From positions 67,291 through 118,532 of the forward strand of contig PS015208.1 in NCBI GenBank assembly GCA_048213135.1: 51,242 nt of DNA, given 5' to 3'. The position numbers were made by a program, and so were the translations under genes. This DNA is from Reclinomonas americana ATCC 50394 (lineage: Eukaryota). Positions 38,039 to 49,986 of this stretch are shown in pieces; position 1 is the stretch's first letter; the number at the start of each line of letters is the position of its first letter. The notes under the pieces were generated by a model. The model searched no databases and had not been told where the DNA came from. It saw nothing but the letters and a program-made list of their open reading frames with translations.

Positions 38039-40389
38039 TCATGACGGATTTGTGGAGGTGGCTGGCGTGGGTGCGGGTGCGGGACGACGGCTGAGATACT
38101 TGGCGTGTTGTGGCGCCATGACCGCACAGTCAATGTTGAGCAGGGCACAGGCGCACGAGGTGGCGCGCTCCAGTACACCACGCTTCAGTGCACATGTCTC
38201 CCACACGCCTGCTGGTTTCTCGACAGCGATCAGTTCGCACATGCAAGGAGGCGAGGTGAGGTCACTCGTTCAAACGAACCAGACTCGCGCATGTCGCCAA
38301 CGGTGCCTGCCACCACATCAATGCCAGTCCACCACTCCCCGCGCCGGTGCGCGACTCGGAGGCCTTGCAGGGTGCTGCATGAAGAGTGCAGCGTCAGTGG
38401 TCGGCGAAGAGAAAGGAATTGTAGTTGTTAGGTTGCTCACCTCGGCCAATCCATGCCGGCCGATTCGGCAAGCAGACGCACGTGGTCTTCAAGAGCCGCA
38501 ACAAACACATCCACCGCCCCGTCAACGACTTCGGAACGCTGCAGGAGTGGCGAGTGAGAACCTGGAGAACAGACATGGACTGACTGTCACTTTGTCAACG
38601 CGAACCAGTGCATCCTCGCGACCCAATCGCGTCACCAGTGCCATTTCTGCACTGCCACCACCAGTGATGCACTGCAGACGCGGAGCATGTCAACATTGAA
38701 AGGGACCACAGTTCGTGCGATGGCAGGTGCAAGTGTACCTGAAAACCACCGGTGCGGCGCTCAAACATGACCAGCGACAGCGCATCATGCATGGCACGAC
38801 GGACCTCGGCGGTCGCGCTGTCGGTGGGGGCGCAGAGCACCAGTGTCGAAAACACTGGTGCGCGGCCGTCGCTGACTTGCTCCACCTCCACGCGCCACTG
38901 CGACTCCTCAACACGCATCACTCGGATACACACCGGCGTCAGCTTGGACTCGAGACGATCGCCGGCGTCGGTGAGTGCACTCTGTGTTTTGAAAATGAGA
39001 AGACAGTTGCCATCCGCGACAAGTGCCGTGAGCGCCAGACCTCGGTGAGTATCACACCCGCGGTGCACAGGAGTGCCAGCCGATCCAGCTCGGCATGGGA
39101 CACACCGCCAAACACGTGAATGCCGTGCGCCTCGAACACTGCATGCGTCTCGGCGGTGATCACCTGCGCCACACATGACCACCTATCAGCAACTCCTCCT
39201 CGCACCCACAGGCTGAGCAAGCGCCGCAACAGAGCCCACAAAAGCCGCAGCGACACCGAGTTCCGCCAGCCGTGCACACACGCTACGCAGTGCTTCTGTT
39301 CTCACACCACTGCCGAGGATAGAATTAAGGTGGGCATCAGCATCTTGTGGTCATGCATGCATGGGGATCCCCAACCTGTCAGGCGCACTGGCACTCTCCC
39401 ATATGCGCCGCTCCGATCGCGCCGACGGCGCCGCGATGGAGGCACTCAGGCTTCGAATGACAACAGCGTGACTCGGTTCGGTGGCCAGGCTGCTGGCACG
39501 TGTCAGCGCGATGATCGTGGTATCTTAAACGAGATAAACGCAACGCCACCACGGCTGCGCCTGCCTTCACGCGGTCGATGCAAACGCCGTGAAACACACG
39601 CGACTCGTCCACCTGCCCGCCCACACGCTGCGCAAGAAACACACAATCACTGTCGTCCACATCGTCCAGCTCGAGAAGCGGGCACACCGCCTCGCACAGC
39701 AATGCCGCCAGATGCACACGCCACGGCGCAGCGACCTTGGTGGCCAGACACGACATGGCCAGTCGCTCGACCGCCGATCGTGCACCAGCCTTTGAGGAAG
39801 ATGAGGAAGCAGTGGCTGGAGTCAGTGTCTCGCAGGCACACAGTCGACGACACAGTTCCCACAGCGAAGCAATCACTCGTGCCGGGCGCCACGAGTCGCG
39901 GCGGATGAGCTCCTTCCCGCCCATGCACAGTGCAATGGCCAACAACGCCACCGAGGTTGTTCCGTCACCCACTGCATGCATGCATCGTCAGCCAGATTGC
40001 AATGAGTGTGCCTCCCCCAGCGATCGATGCACACCTTCGCGTTCCTGTGCGAGCGCTGCCTCGCGTACGAGTTGCGATGCCGGGTGACGCAGATCGATTG
40101 AACGCAACACCGTCGCACCGTCGCTGGTGAACACCACCGAGCCAAGTGGATCTGAGAGTGACAAAACGAGGATTAGCTGCAGTCTCCTTCTGTGTGTGTT
40201 ACATGCAAGAGACAACGTGCCGGTAAGTGCTTTGAGCATGGCGTGCGGGCCGAGGAGCGTCCACAGCACTTGTCGCACGCGTCGCAACTCTCGCTCCATC
40301 CACTCATCGAGATCGGCCACTGCAGCGCCCTCACTGGTGGTGCCGACCGCGGGGAGGAGTAGGCGCGCGTCGGGATGCACGAGCTCCAT
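38039..40389 (-). CDS. Divergent group II (CCT/TCP-1-like) chaperonin; candidate BBS6/BBS10/BBS12-type
   Basis: TLLGPHAMLKAL, FTSDGATVLRSIDLRHP, EVGDGTTSVALLA and C-terminal GVWETCALKRGVLERATSCACALLNID. The apical region is very divergent. Confidence 0.75.
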
Positions 40390-40464
40390 TTTCGACGCAG
40401 CGCGGATTCACTTTGTTACTTTTGTTTTTCGTTGATTCATTGACTGTCTGACGGTTCGTTTTCT

Positions 40465-42419
40465 TCACGACGATGGTTGGGCGGCGGTGCTGCGCGGGAG
40501 ACGAATGTCGGTGGGTGAGCGGACAGCAACACCTCGCTGCTGGCAGGCGGCAGTCAGGCGGCGTTTGATTACGGTTAGATCACGCTCGCCGACCGCCGCT
40601 GCGTCTTCGACATCGCTGCCACTCACGGCCACCACCAGCAGAGGACCGCTCGAGCGCGTGAGAGAGACCTGCAGGTCGGCAGCCGAGGGCGGCTCGTCCT
40701 CCACTCCTCCTATCGATCGCACACACACACACGCGCAGCGTCAGCGCCATCAGCAAGGGGGAGTGGTTGCGGCCAAGCAAGACAACGCAACCCTCGGACA
40801 AGATGACCACGGCGGCGCCACAGTCGCGCTCGTGCAAATGGTGAGGCGGAACAATGTCGACGTCGGTGGGCACATTCGGAGAGGTGACGAGCTCTTGCGC
40901 CACGCAGTCCTCGTGTACCATCACCGCCACCTCCGTGGCCGCATGCACCTCGAGCAGACGCTCAATGCACTGTTCCACCGTCACGACGACTGCCACACGG
41001 ATTGTCAGCAAATCGACGCACATCTCCAGCCAAGGACGTACACAAAGCACTCAACGATCAGAGCGATTCGTGTCAATCAGCCACACACTGCTGGTGCCCT
41101 CTGGCCGGTCGGCATCGTCCTCGGCATCAGCAGCGGGCGGCGGTGCGGGAATCTCCTCAAACACCTCGTGAAGCACGTGAGCTGTGCTCGTCGTCAGCAT
41201 CGATGAAGAAGAAGTCAGCTAGGGGGGACGCAGACAACCGCACCGACTGTAGGATCCAGCCGATACTGCTGCTGCAGGTGACATTGCGAGGCGACACCAG
41301 ACAAGCACCAGTCCAGCACACTCTCCGACAGAGCCGACACCAGATCGATCTGCGACTGCGGTATGCCACTCGACGGTACCAGTCGCGGTCGGGGACCTTG
41401 CACAGAACCCGCGCACACAAATTGCACCACTGTTTGTTTGCAGAGGAAGGAGATTAGTGAGGTCGTCGAGGATGATTCGAAAAAACACCACACCGAGCGC
41501 ACCATCGTGTCCGGCAGAAAGCTGCCAGCAATTATTGCGCAAGTTGAGCATGGTGTGCGAGAATGACTACATCGACATAGAGAGTTCTACGCACCGGTAC
41601 CATGCCCAGCGGCACGCTGCATTGCGAGGCGCCGTCGAGAATCACACGGTACACGGTGCCGGACTGAGGCAGCTGACGCGCCATGTGTCCGAGGTCGGCC
41701 AGAGTGACAAAGAAGATGCGAGCGGTGGCCAGCGCACGGTCCAGCTGATCGTCATGACGACGCTGCGCGACGATAGCAGATAATGTCAGCTACTCCTATC
41801 AACAGGAAGACCACCGATCTCGCGTCACACCTGTCGCAGCGCTCCGGTCGACAACACACGACCTCCGCGGTAAAGAGACTCTGCACCAATCAATAAAAAA
41901 AGTAACACTGAGTTAGCGTGCGACTGCGAGTGCTCTACGAATGGGACTGGTCACGCACCAAAGTACGACATGTGGGCGTCGGAGAGTGTGTCGTGCACGA
42001 GGCGCACCACATGCAGCTTGGAGGCAGCATCGGGAGCCTCTTTGAAGAACATGCTCGCCAAGTTGTCCACAGTGGCATTGGTCGGGCCAGTGACAATGAC
42101 GCGGTCGTGATGGAACGCCCAGGTGAACAGCGACAGGATCGCCGTCAGGACCGACGACTTGCCTGGCGATACACACGCACACGCCTGTGAGTGAGCAACA
42201 CATTGCACTTGCACCACATCTCTGGCACACGCACCTGTGCCTGGCGGTCCAGTGATGGCGACCAGGTTGTGCATGAGGGCCGCCTCCAACGCACCCAGCT
42301 GCGACTCATCAAACACGGCTTGATCGATCGAACTCGCAGACGCCGGCTCCACCACGGCCGCCGACTCGCCAAGTGCTACAGCGTCCAGAGAACCAGTGAG
42401 TGCGGGGTCACCAGCAGCA

Positions 42420-42456
<37 letters not shown>

Positions 42457-45404
42457 GACGCAACGAGTAGTTCGGAAGCGCGTTAACAGGCGCCACGGAA
42501 CATCGGCCGAGTCAATGGCGAGCGACAGCAGCTCGCGCAACGGCGTATCAGCTGCCAGTCCACTGGATCCGCTGACGTGGAGTCGGAGGCGCCTTTCGGC
42601 AGCCTCACGCGCCAACGTGCTCAATGATTTGGTCTTTGTTGGAGAAGCACGGGGCATATTAACACAAGGCAATGAACACCCCCGGAGGGGGATAGAAGCT
42701 GACACTAGCTCACCTGGCCGCTGATAATGTTGCGAGTGTTGGTCGGCAGGTCGAGGTGCAGAATGTTGCGAATGGCGAACAGCATGGCCACCGTCTCGTG
42801 ACGGTCCGTGTTGATCAAGCGACGCTCGTGAACCGGGTAGCGGCCACAGCGAGCGGCCACATTTGCCGCCTGCGTGTTTCCACACAGACAGTCAGCAACA
42901 ATGACATCAACGCGGTGGAATAGACTCGACGCACCTCTGGGGGCATTCCGTTTCCAATGTCAATGTGCAACTCGAGTGTGCGCAGACTGGCCACGTATCG
43001 ACACAAATGCTGTGCAGTGGCGGGTGAGCGACATGGGATGAGAAACAAGGGTGATTGTTGGCGCTGCTGCCTGTCACCTTGAAGCACACGTTGCGCGCCA
43101 CGGTGGTCAGTCGCGCCTCACTGTCGCGGAACACAACATCACGCGGCAGTCCACGGCGAACAAACTCCTCGTGCACCCACGTGAGCGGCTGCACGTCCTC
43201 CGAGGCGTACACAATGAGATCGCGCGACAGTGGTCGGTGTTGCCAGAGATTGCTGCGGCGCACAAGATGGGTAAGGGGCTGCGAGAGAGACCGACGACTG
43301 CGCTGCACACACCGGTCCTGATTCATCATGCTGCGCACTTGGCTTTTGAGGTCGGTCGCCGACTTGAACCCGAGCTGAATCAACAGACTCGTGAAGCCAA
43401 TCTCCCGCGAGGGCTTGTGCTGCGAGTCGCCACATCTCTCAGCACTTCAAGCAACATCGCACTGTGCGTCTGAATGGATGGTCACGACGTACCTGTCGCT
43501 GCATCAAGTGCTGCCACGCCACCTGCGTGTCGAACACGGATCGCAGAACAATTCTGTACTGCTCCAGCAGTGCACCTGCGTCAGCACGGCAGTCGTGAAT
43601 GACCTGTGGGGGGTCACATGTGCGCGCGGTCAGCTTGTATGCACTCACAACACGAGCTCATGAGCACTGACCTTGGTGTACGCCGGACTCTCCAACAGCC
43701 ACCGCAGAGTGCTGGTGGGCTCGGACAGCATGCGCGGCTCAGTGGAAATGTCAAACAGGTACACGTTGCCACGCGGATCCGACAGTTGCAGCAGACAGAG
43801 TGCGCCGCTGGTCGTGGAAATAGTACACCAGCAAGAAATCAACACCGATGCATGATTGTGCACACCAGATGCATGTGACGACTCACGTGTACGACAGATT
43901 GACTCCCTCGCAGTCCCACCCGAGCACGTCGTACTGCTGCAGATGTGAAGCCACAATCTCACATCGCGCGTATGAGTCCACCAGGAACAGCTTCCCGTAG
44001 ATCCCTGACATTGGTTGCGACAGGTTGTCCACCAGCATCTTCTCCCACTCCTGTCGATCGTCCTCCGGCTGTACACAAACAAAATGAGTGTCGATAGCAC
44101 TGCCACCAACACAAAGCACAACGCACTCTCGGTGGCGACGACAGAGACGATACGACTGAAGCGGCTGTCATCATGCCGGAATTCAACGGCGCCGGCACAC
44201 TGTGAGGTCGCGACTGTGCCGACACGCCACCACCACCACCACCGCTGCCGCCATTGACGCCGCGCGGCGAGTGCGAGAGTGGAGAGGGACCGCCGCCAGA
44301 GCCACCACCAGCACCAGCACCACCGCTGCCCGGCGGCGAGCCCATGGGATTGAACGAGTACATGGGTGGCGACGGTTGCGGCGGCGGCCTGCCCATCATC
44401 ATGCCCGGCGGTCCAGCTCCTGCGGGATAGTACGGCGCTGGCAGATGCATTGGCTGGCGCGAGGGCGACGGCATACCACCGGGCATGCCGTACGGCATGT
44501 GACCGAAGGAGCCGGGGGGCGAGAACGCCATGGGCACGTACAGCGGCTGCCCCGGATTGTAGCCGGGAAACCAGAGTGGCGAGCCGACCGACGGTCGCAT
44601 GGAGGAGGCCCCCGGCGACGACGGCATGTGCATCGGCATGGATGGCGAATACACAAAGTCAGTCGGCGTACGCGCGGCCGGTGAACCCACAGCCGGACCC
44701 CGCGGTGACGGCGACTGCTGCTGAGTCGGCATCGGAAGCTGCGACGGTGCACGCGAATACACTTGTCGCGGCTGCTGCTGCTGCTGCTGCTGCTGTGGCT
44801 GCGACGGAGGCGCACGCTGCTCCTGTGGCTGCTTCACCACCTGCAGCGACACAGCAGCTGGTGGAGGCGACGCTGGCGGCAGCGGCGACGGAGAAGCCGC
44901 AGGAGGAGGAGGAGACGCCGGCGGTCCGGGCGACGTTGGCGGCCGCGGACTCACCGACACCATCCACGCCGGCGTCCGTCCCTGCGACCACACCGACTGC
45001 ACCTTACTGCACCCACACACATCATAAGCCATCACCGCCACACACACATAGCTCATCGTGTATACACAGAGTGAGTCGCACGCACCCACGCGCTGGCACC
45101 GGCTGCACCGGCTCATCCTCTCCATTCTCACCATCCTCATCAGCATCATCGTCCCCGCCACTGCCCGCGGTTGCAGCAGCAGCAGCTGCAGCAGTTGCTG
45201 CTACGCTCGCCGCATGTGCACTGGCATGCGCAGCAGCACGCAGGTTGCGGCGACGCGATCGTCGGCGACCTGCGCAAAAAGAGGGAAGCCATCGTCAGTC
45301 ACATTCTCGCATCTCTCTCTCTATCTCTGTCTCACTTGCTGTTGTCTGTGACACTACGTGTGTGCTTGTGGGTGAGAGAGAGAGAGAGCCCTGACGCAAC
45401 CCAT
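40465..45404 (-). CDS. Fusion of an EXD1/Egalitarian-like DEDDy 3'-5' exonuclease and a degenerate UPF1-like SF1 helicase, with a Pro-rich N-terminus
   Basis: Exonuclease motifs VLGWDCEG, LCLLQLS, KVIHDCRAD, VFDTQVA and WQHRPLS...YASEDV. Helicase motifs DESQLGAL, ITGPPGTGKS, GPTNATVDNL, VILDGASQ, QQYRL and VSLTRS. GT-AG splicing links the two domains in frame. Confidence 0.8.
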
Positions 45405-45636
45405 ATGTGCTGTCTGCGAGTGTGCAGGTGCGCGCGCGCGTCAGCAAAACGCACACGCACACACAGACACAGACAGGCTTTCTCCTCTCGTCACGCTCTG
45501 CTCACGCGCACTGTGCACACACACAGAGAGAGACAGAGACAGACAGACGGAGAGAGAGACAGGCGCACACACGCAGGTGAAAGTCGATGAGAGAATTTCA
45601 CATCCTGTCGGATTGATTGGTGTGGTGTGTGTTAAG

Positions 45637-46555
45637 ATGGCGGGTGCGAGCGGAAATCGCACTCTGGTGCCCTCCTTTGACTTGCACCTCAATCATAACA
45701 TTCTTGAGGGACTCGCCGTCGTTGGCAAATGTTACGCACACAAGCAAAACACTAAACAAACTGACTGATTGACACGACAAAACGCACACACACTCTGTCT
45801 CTCTGTCTTGCACTGTCACTCGCAGCGTGCGTGTGTGTTGTGTGCTCTCTCTCTCGCGCACCTCTTTTCTCTGTGTGTTGTGTTGGATCTCTCTCTGATC
45901 ACTCACATGTCAAGTTTGTTTTTTTCGCGCGCAGATGATGGAACTCACCCGATCCTCACTTGCGCCACCTCCGGCTGCAAGGTGTTCATGCACAACCCGC
46001 ATGCGCAACCCGACAAGACCACTTTCCTCACCAATGCCAGTTGAGTCCGTGCGAGAGAGACAACTTGAAAGACACACTTCTCTCAATCACTCTTCCTCCT
46101 TCTCCTTATCCTCCTCCTCCTCCATCTTCTTGTCTTGCTCTTCTTGTTCTTGTTCTTCTTCTTCTTCTTCTTCTTCTTCGTCTTCTCCTTGTTGTTGTAG
46201 TTGTTGTTGTTGTTGTTCTTCTTCCTACACCTCCTTCTCCTCCACCTCCTCCTCCATCTTGTTGTCTTGTTCTTCTTCTTCTCCTTCTTNNNNNNNNNNN
46301 NNNNNNNNNNNNNNNNNNNNNNNNNNNNNNNNNNNNNNNNNNNNNNNNNNNNNNNNNNNNNNNNNNNNNNNNNNNNNNNNNNNNNNNNNNNNNNNNNNNN
46401 NNNNNNNNNNNNNNNNNNNNNNNNNNNNNNNNNNNNNNNNNNNNNNNNNNNNNNNNNNNNNNNNNNNNNNNNNNNNNNNNNNNNNNNNNNNNNNNNNNNN
46501 NNNNNNNNNNNNNNNNNNNNNNNNNNNNNNNNNNNNNNNNNNNNNNNNNNNNNNN

Positions 46556-46644
<89 letters not shown>

Positions 46645-49380
46645 TCTCTCTTCTTCTTCTTCTTTTCCTCCTCCTTCTCCTCCTTCTCCTCCCTTCTCCC
46701 TTGCCCTCGTCTCACTCTTGCGCCACAGTTCAATACCTCAACATCAACAGACCTGTGACGGCGATGGCTGTCGGCGCACCCAACGTGAACTCGTCACACG
46801 ATGCACTCTTTGTGGGCATGGGCACCAACTTAATGGCGTTGCGTGGTCTTTCCCCACACATACTCTCCATTGCTGTCGCCAAGTGGTGCTCAAACGTCTT
46901 GCTCGCAGGTACGACGTGGAGCGCAATCAGGATTTGTTCTATCGCGATGTGCAGGATGGCGTCGGCGGCCTGGTGTTTGGGCGCATTGGCAATCGGCCGA
47001 TTCCGCTCATCATTGCCGGCGGCAACTGCTCGGTGCAGGGGTTCGACTACTCCGGCAACGAGTCGTACTGGACGGTGACGGGCGACAATGCCTCGGCGCT
47101 GACGCTTATTGACGTGAATCGCGATGGCGAGAACGAGCTGGTCGTCGGCACCGACGACTTTGTCATTCGTATCTTCCAGAACGACGATGTGGTGGCGGAG
47201 ACGGTGCGCGAATGACCCCCGACATTAGCGTTGTGCACACGCGTCGTCGCCTGAAGAAAAGAATGCTGTACAGGTGGAAACCGATCGCGTGGTGGATCTG
47301 TGCTCCATCCAGGGACCACGATACGGCTACGCGCTGGCCAACGGCACCGTGGGTATCTACGAGGCCGATCACCGCGTGTGGCGTGTGAAATCCAAGAGCA
47401 GTGTGCTGTCGGTGGTCGGCTTTGACCTCGACGGCGATGGCGTGCCGGAGATCATCTCCGGCTGGAAGAGCGGCAAGTTCGAAGTGCGCAACCAGGGCAC
47501 TGGCGAAGTGGTCTACAAGGATCACTTTTCACGAGCCGTCGTCAAGGTGCTCACTGCCGACTACCGAATGGACGGCAACTTTGCCGTCATTTGCTGCACC
47601 TCCGAGGGAGAGAGTTGCGTGGCGAAAGTTGCCGCAGTGATATCGAGGTGCGGCAGCTCAACTCTGTTGCGTTGCAGTCAAGGGCTTCCTGCCGGCCACC
47701 GAGGAGCAGGCTGCCGAGCTCATGGACAATGCACAAGAAGAGGAGCAGCTCAAGGCTCTCAACCAGCACAAGCAGGTGCGCTTATTATGCAGAGGGACTG
47801 GAGACGACTCACCTGCTCACCTTCCTCTCTCTCTCTCTCTCTCTCTCTGTGTGCGTGTGCAGGAACTCATGTACGAGCTGCGTTCGTACGAGGAGAATCT
47901 GCGGAAACTCAAGGCCGGCGAGAGGAGTGCTGGCCTGGTCCCGCACGACACTCACGTTGGCTGTGCTCTCGTCGTTGCGTGCATCAGCGGCTCGTGTTTT
48001 CTTTCTATTCCCTATCTCACCATCCGTGTGCACACAGGGCGATCCATCGAGACGCATTGTCGAGGCGGTGATTGAGAGCACACCGGGCACGGTGATCAAG
48101 GCAGCCGTGTTGTTTGCGGAGGGATTGTTTACGGGCGAGAGCTTCTTCTCTTGTCCGCGGGAGCCGACGAACCAGCTGCGCATTCCCATCAAGCCGGAGC
48201 GTGATGTGGGATGCACCATGTTTATTCAGGCCATGGTCGGCACGCGCATGGGAACGCAGTTCCACGTGTTTGAGTTGGCCTTGCTGGTTCCCAAATTCTG
48301 TGTGTACGTGTTGGAGCCGCGCGAGGCCGTCAAGAGGCCACGCTCGTCGGTTGCATTCAGGCTCACGCAGCGGAATCAACGAGTTTCGTGTGTTGTCGCC
48401 CGCCGTCTACTCCCTTTGAACGAGTGACACGCTCAACCAATTGTTGCAGATTGGCTTGTGGTTGGAGCGCAGCTTTGGTGTGCCTGCTGCTTCACTCCCG
48501 GACTCAGACGCAATCGACATTTCGCTGCGATCGATGCGAGACGGCACCGTCGTCGTCATGCAGTTCACCACCGACCGCCTGACCATCTATGTGGATCGCA
48601 TGGATGTGGCCGCCGATATTGTGCAAGACATGTGTGAGGCGTTTGAGATTGATGAGCTGGAGAGCGAAGTCGATTTCCCCGAGGAAATGGAGCGCTTCCG
48701 CACTCTGCTGCAGGAGGTCTGTATATTTGTGCCAGGTACGGCATTCTTTCTACTTGCTGACTCGTGTTCGATGGCAGGTGGACGAGTTCAACGCGGCGCG
48801 CCTGAAGATGAATGCCGAAATGGCCGACAGCTCACAACTCATCAAGACGCTCGTCATCAAGGCCGAAGACGCACGCATTCTCGGCGACATGAAGCTGATG
48901 AAGCAGATGTACGGCGACTTGCACGACCTCAACCGCGAACTCATGGGCGAGTACCAGAAGCGAGCCAACAACCATGCCGAGCTGCTGCGTCAGNNNNNNN
49001 NNNNNNNNNNNNNNNNNNNNNNNNNNNNNNNNNNNNNNNNNNNNNNNNNNNNNNNNNNNNNNNNNNNNNNNNNNNNNNNNNNNNNNNNNNNNNNNNNNNN
49101 NNNNNNNNNNNNNNNNNNNNNNNNNNNNNNNNNNNNNNNNNNNNNNNNNNNNNNNNNNNNNNNNNNNNNNNNCTCAAGGAGGTCAACAATGTCATTCAGC
49201 GAGCGAGCAAGCTGCGAGGTGAGTGGTGGAAGACGGCAGGGGTTGATGGTGCTTGCCACTCAGATGATGGTTGCAGTCGGCGAAAGCAAGGCTCGTGTGG
49301 TCAGCGAGTGCCGCAAGGCCATCAAGAGCAACAATATCGCCGCCCTCTTCAGCATCATCCGCTACGGTCGAAGCAACTGA
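45637..49380 (+). CDS. BBS2: Bardet-Biedl syndrome 2 protein (BBSome subunit)
   Basis: [51 protein letters not shown]...WTVTGDN, YALANGTVGIY, WRVKSK, QFHVFEL, AEMADSS...KAEDARILGD and IQRASKLRVG. Confidence 0.96.
46090..46700 (+). repeat. Pyrimidine-rich simple repeats ((TTC)n, (TTG)n, (CT)n) filling BBS2 intron 2
   Basis: Directly visible; pure (CT)n at about 46556-46640 next to a gap. Confidence 0.9.
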
Positions 49381-49986
49381 GACTGCACTCGTCAGCGTCG
49401 TCGTCGTCCTCCTCGCCAGCAAGTGTACTCTCTCCCCTCGCGCTCACACGTGTCGAATGCAAGCATGTAGCGGTTCTTATTCCTTTTCATACGCGACACA
49501 CATCAAAGCAGGACGGGAAGGAAAGGTGGCGTCAGGGGGGGAAAAGAAAGCGACACTAACTCATTTTCTTAGACAGGAGCGAGCGGATGTCTGTCCAAAC
49601 AACCAGGCGAAACAACAGAGAAGCGAGACATGGGAAAACACCCCCGGCGAGGCAAACAAGAGCGCCGACAGCGGAGGAGGAAAGGAGAAAAGAGTGGGAG
49701 GGGGATTATAGCCATCCAAAAATGAAAAGCGCATTGGAGTGGAGGGGGGAAAACACAAGGTGGACGGCCGTTGGCGCGACACCCAGCAGGCATCACACCA
49801 GATGCAGCTTCTACGCAACAGCGACGTACAGATAACAGAAAACACGAAACACAGNNNNNNNNNNNNNNNNNNNNAGGAGGAGGAGGAGGTGGTGGGAGGG
49901 GAGAAATCGTACAAGGTACACAACAAGGACACGGACGGCACAAGCTGGCGGTCACGTGCCCCTTATTTTTTGGCCAGTAGCGTCTT

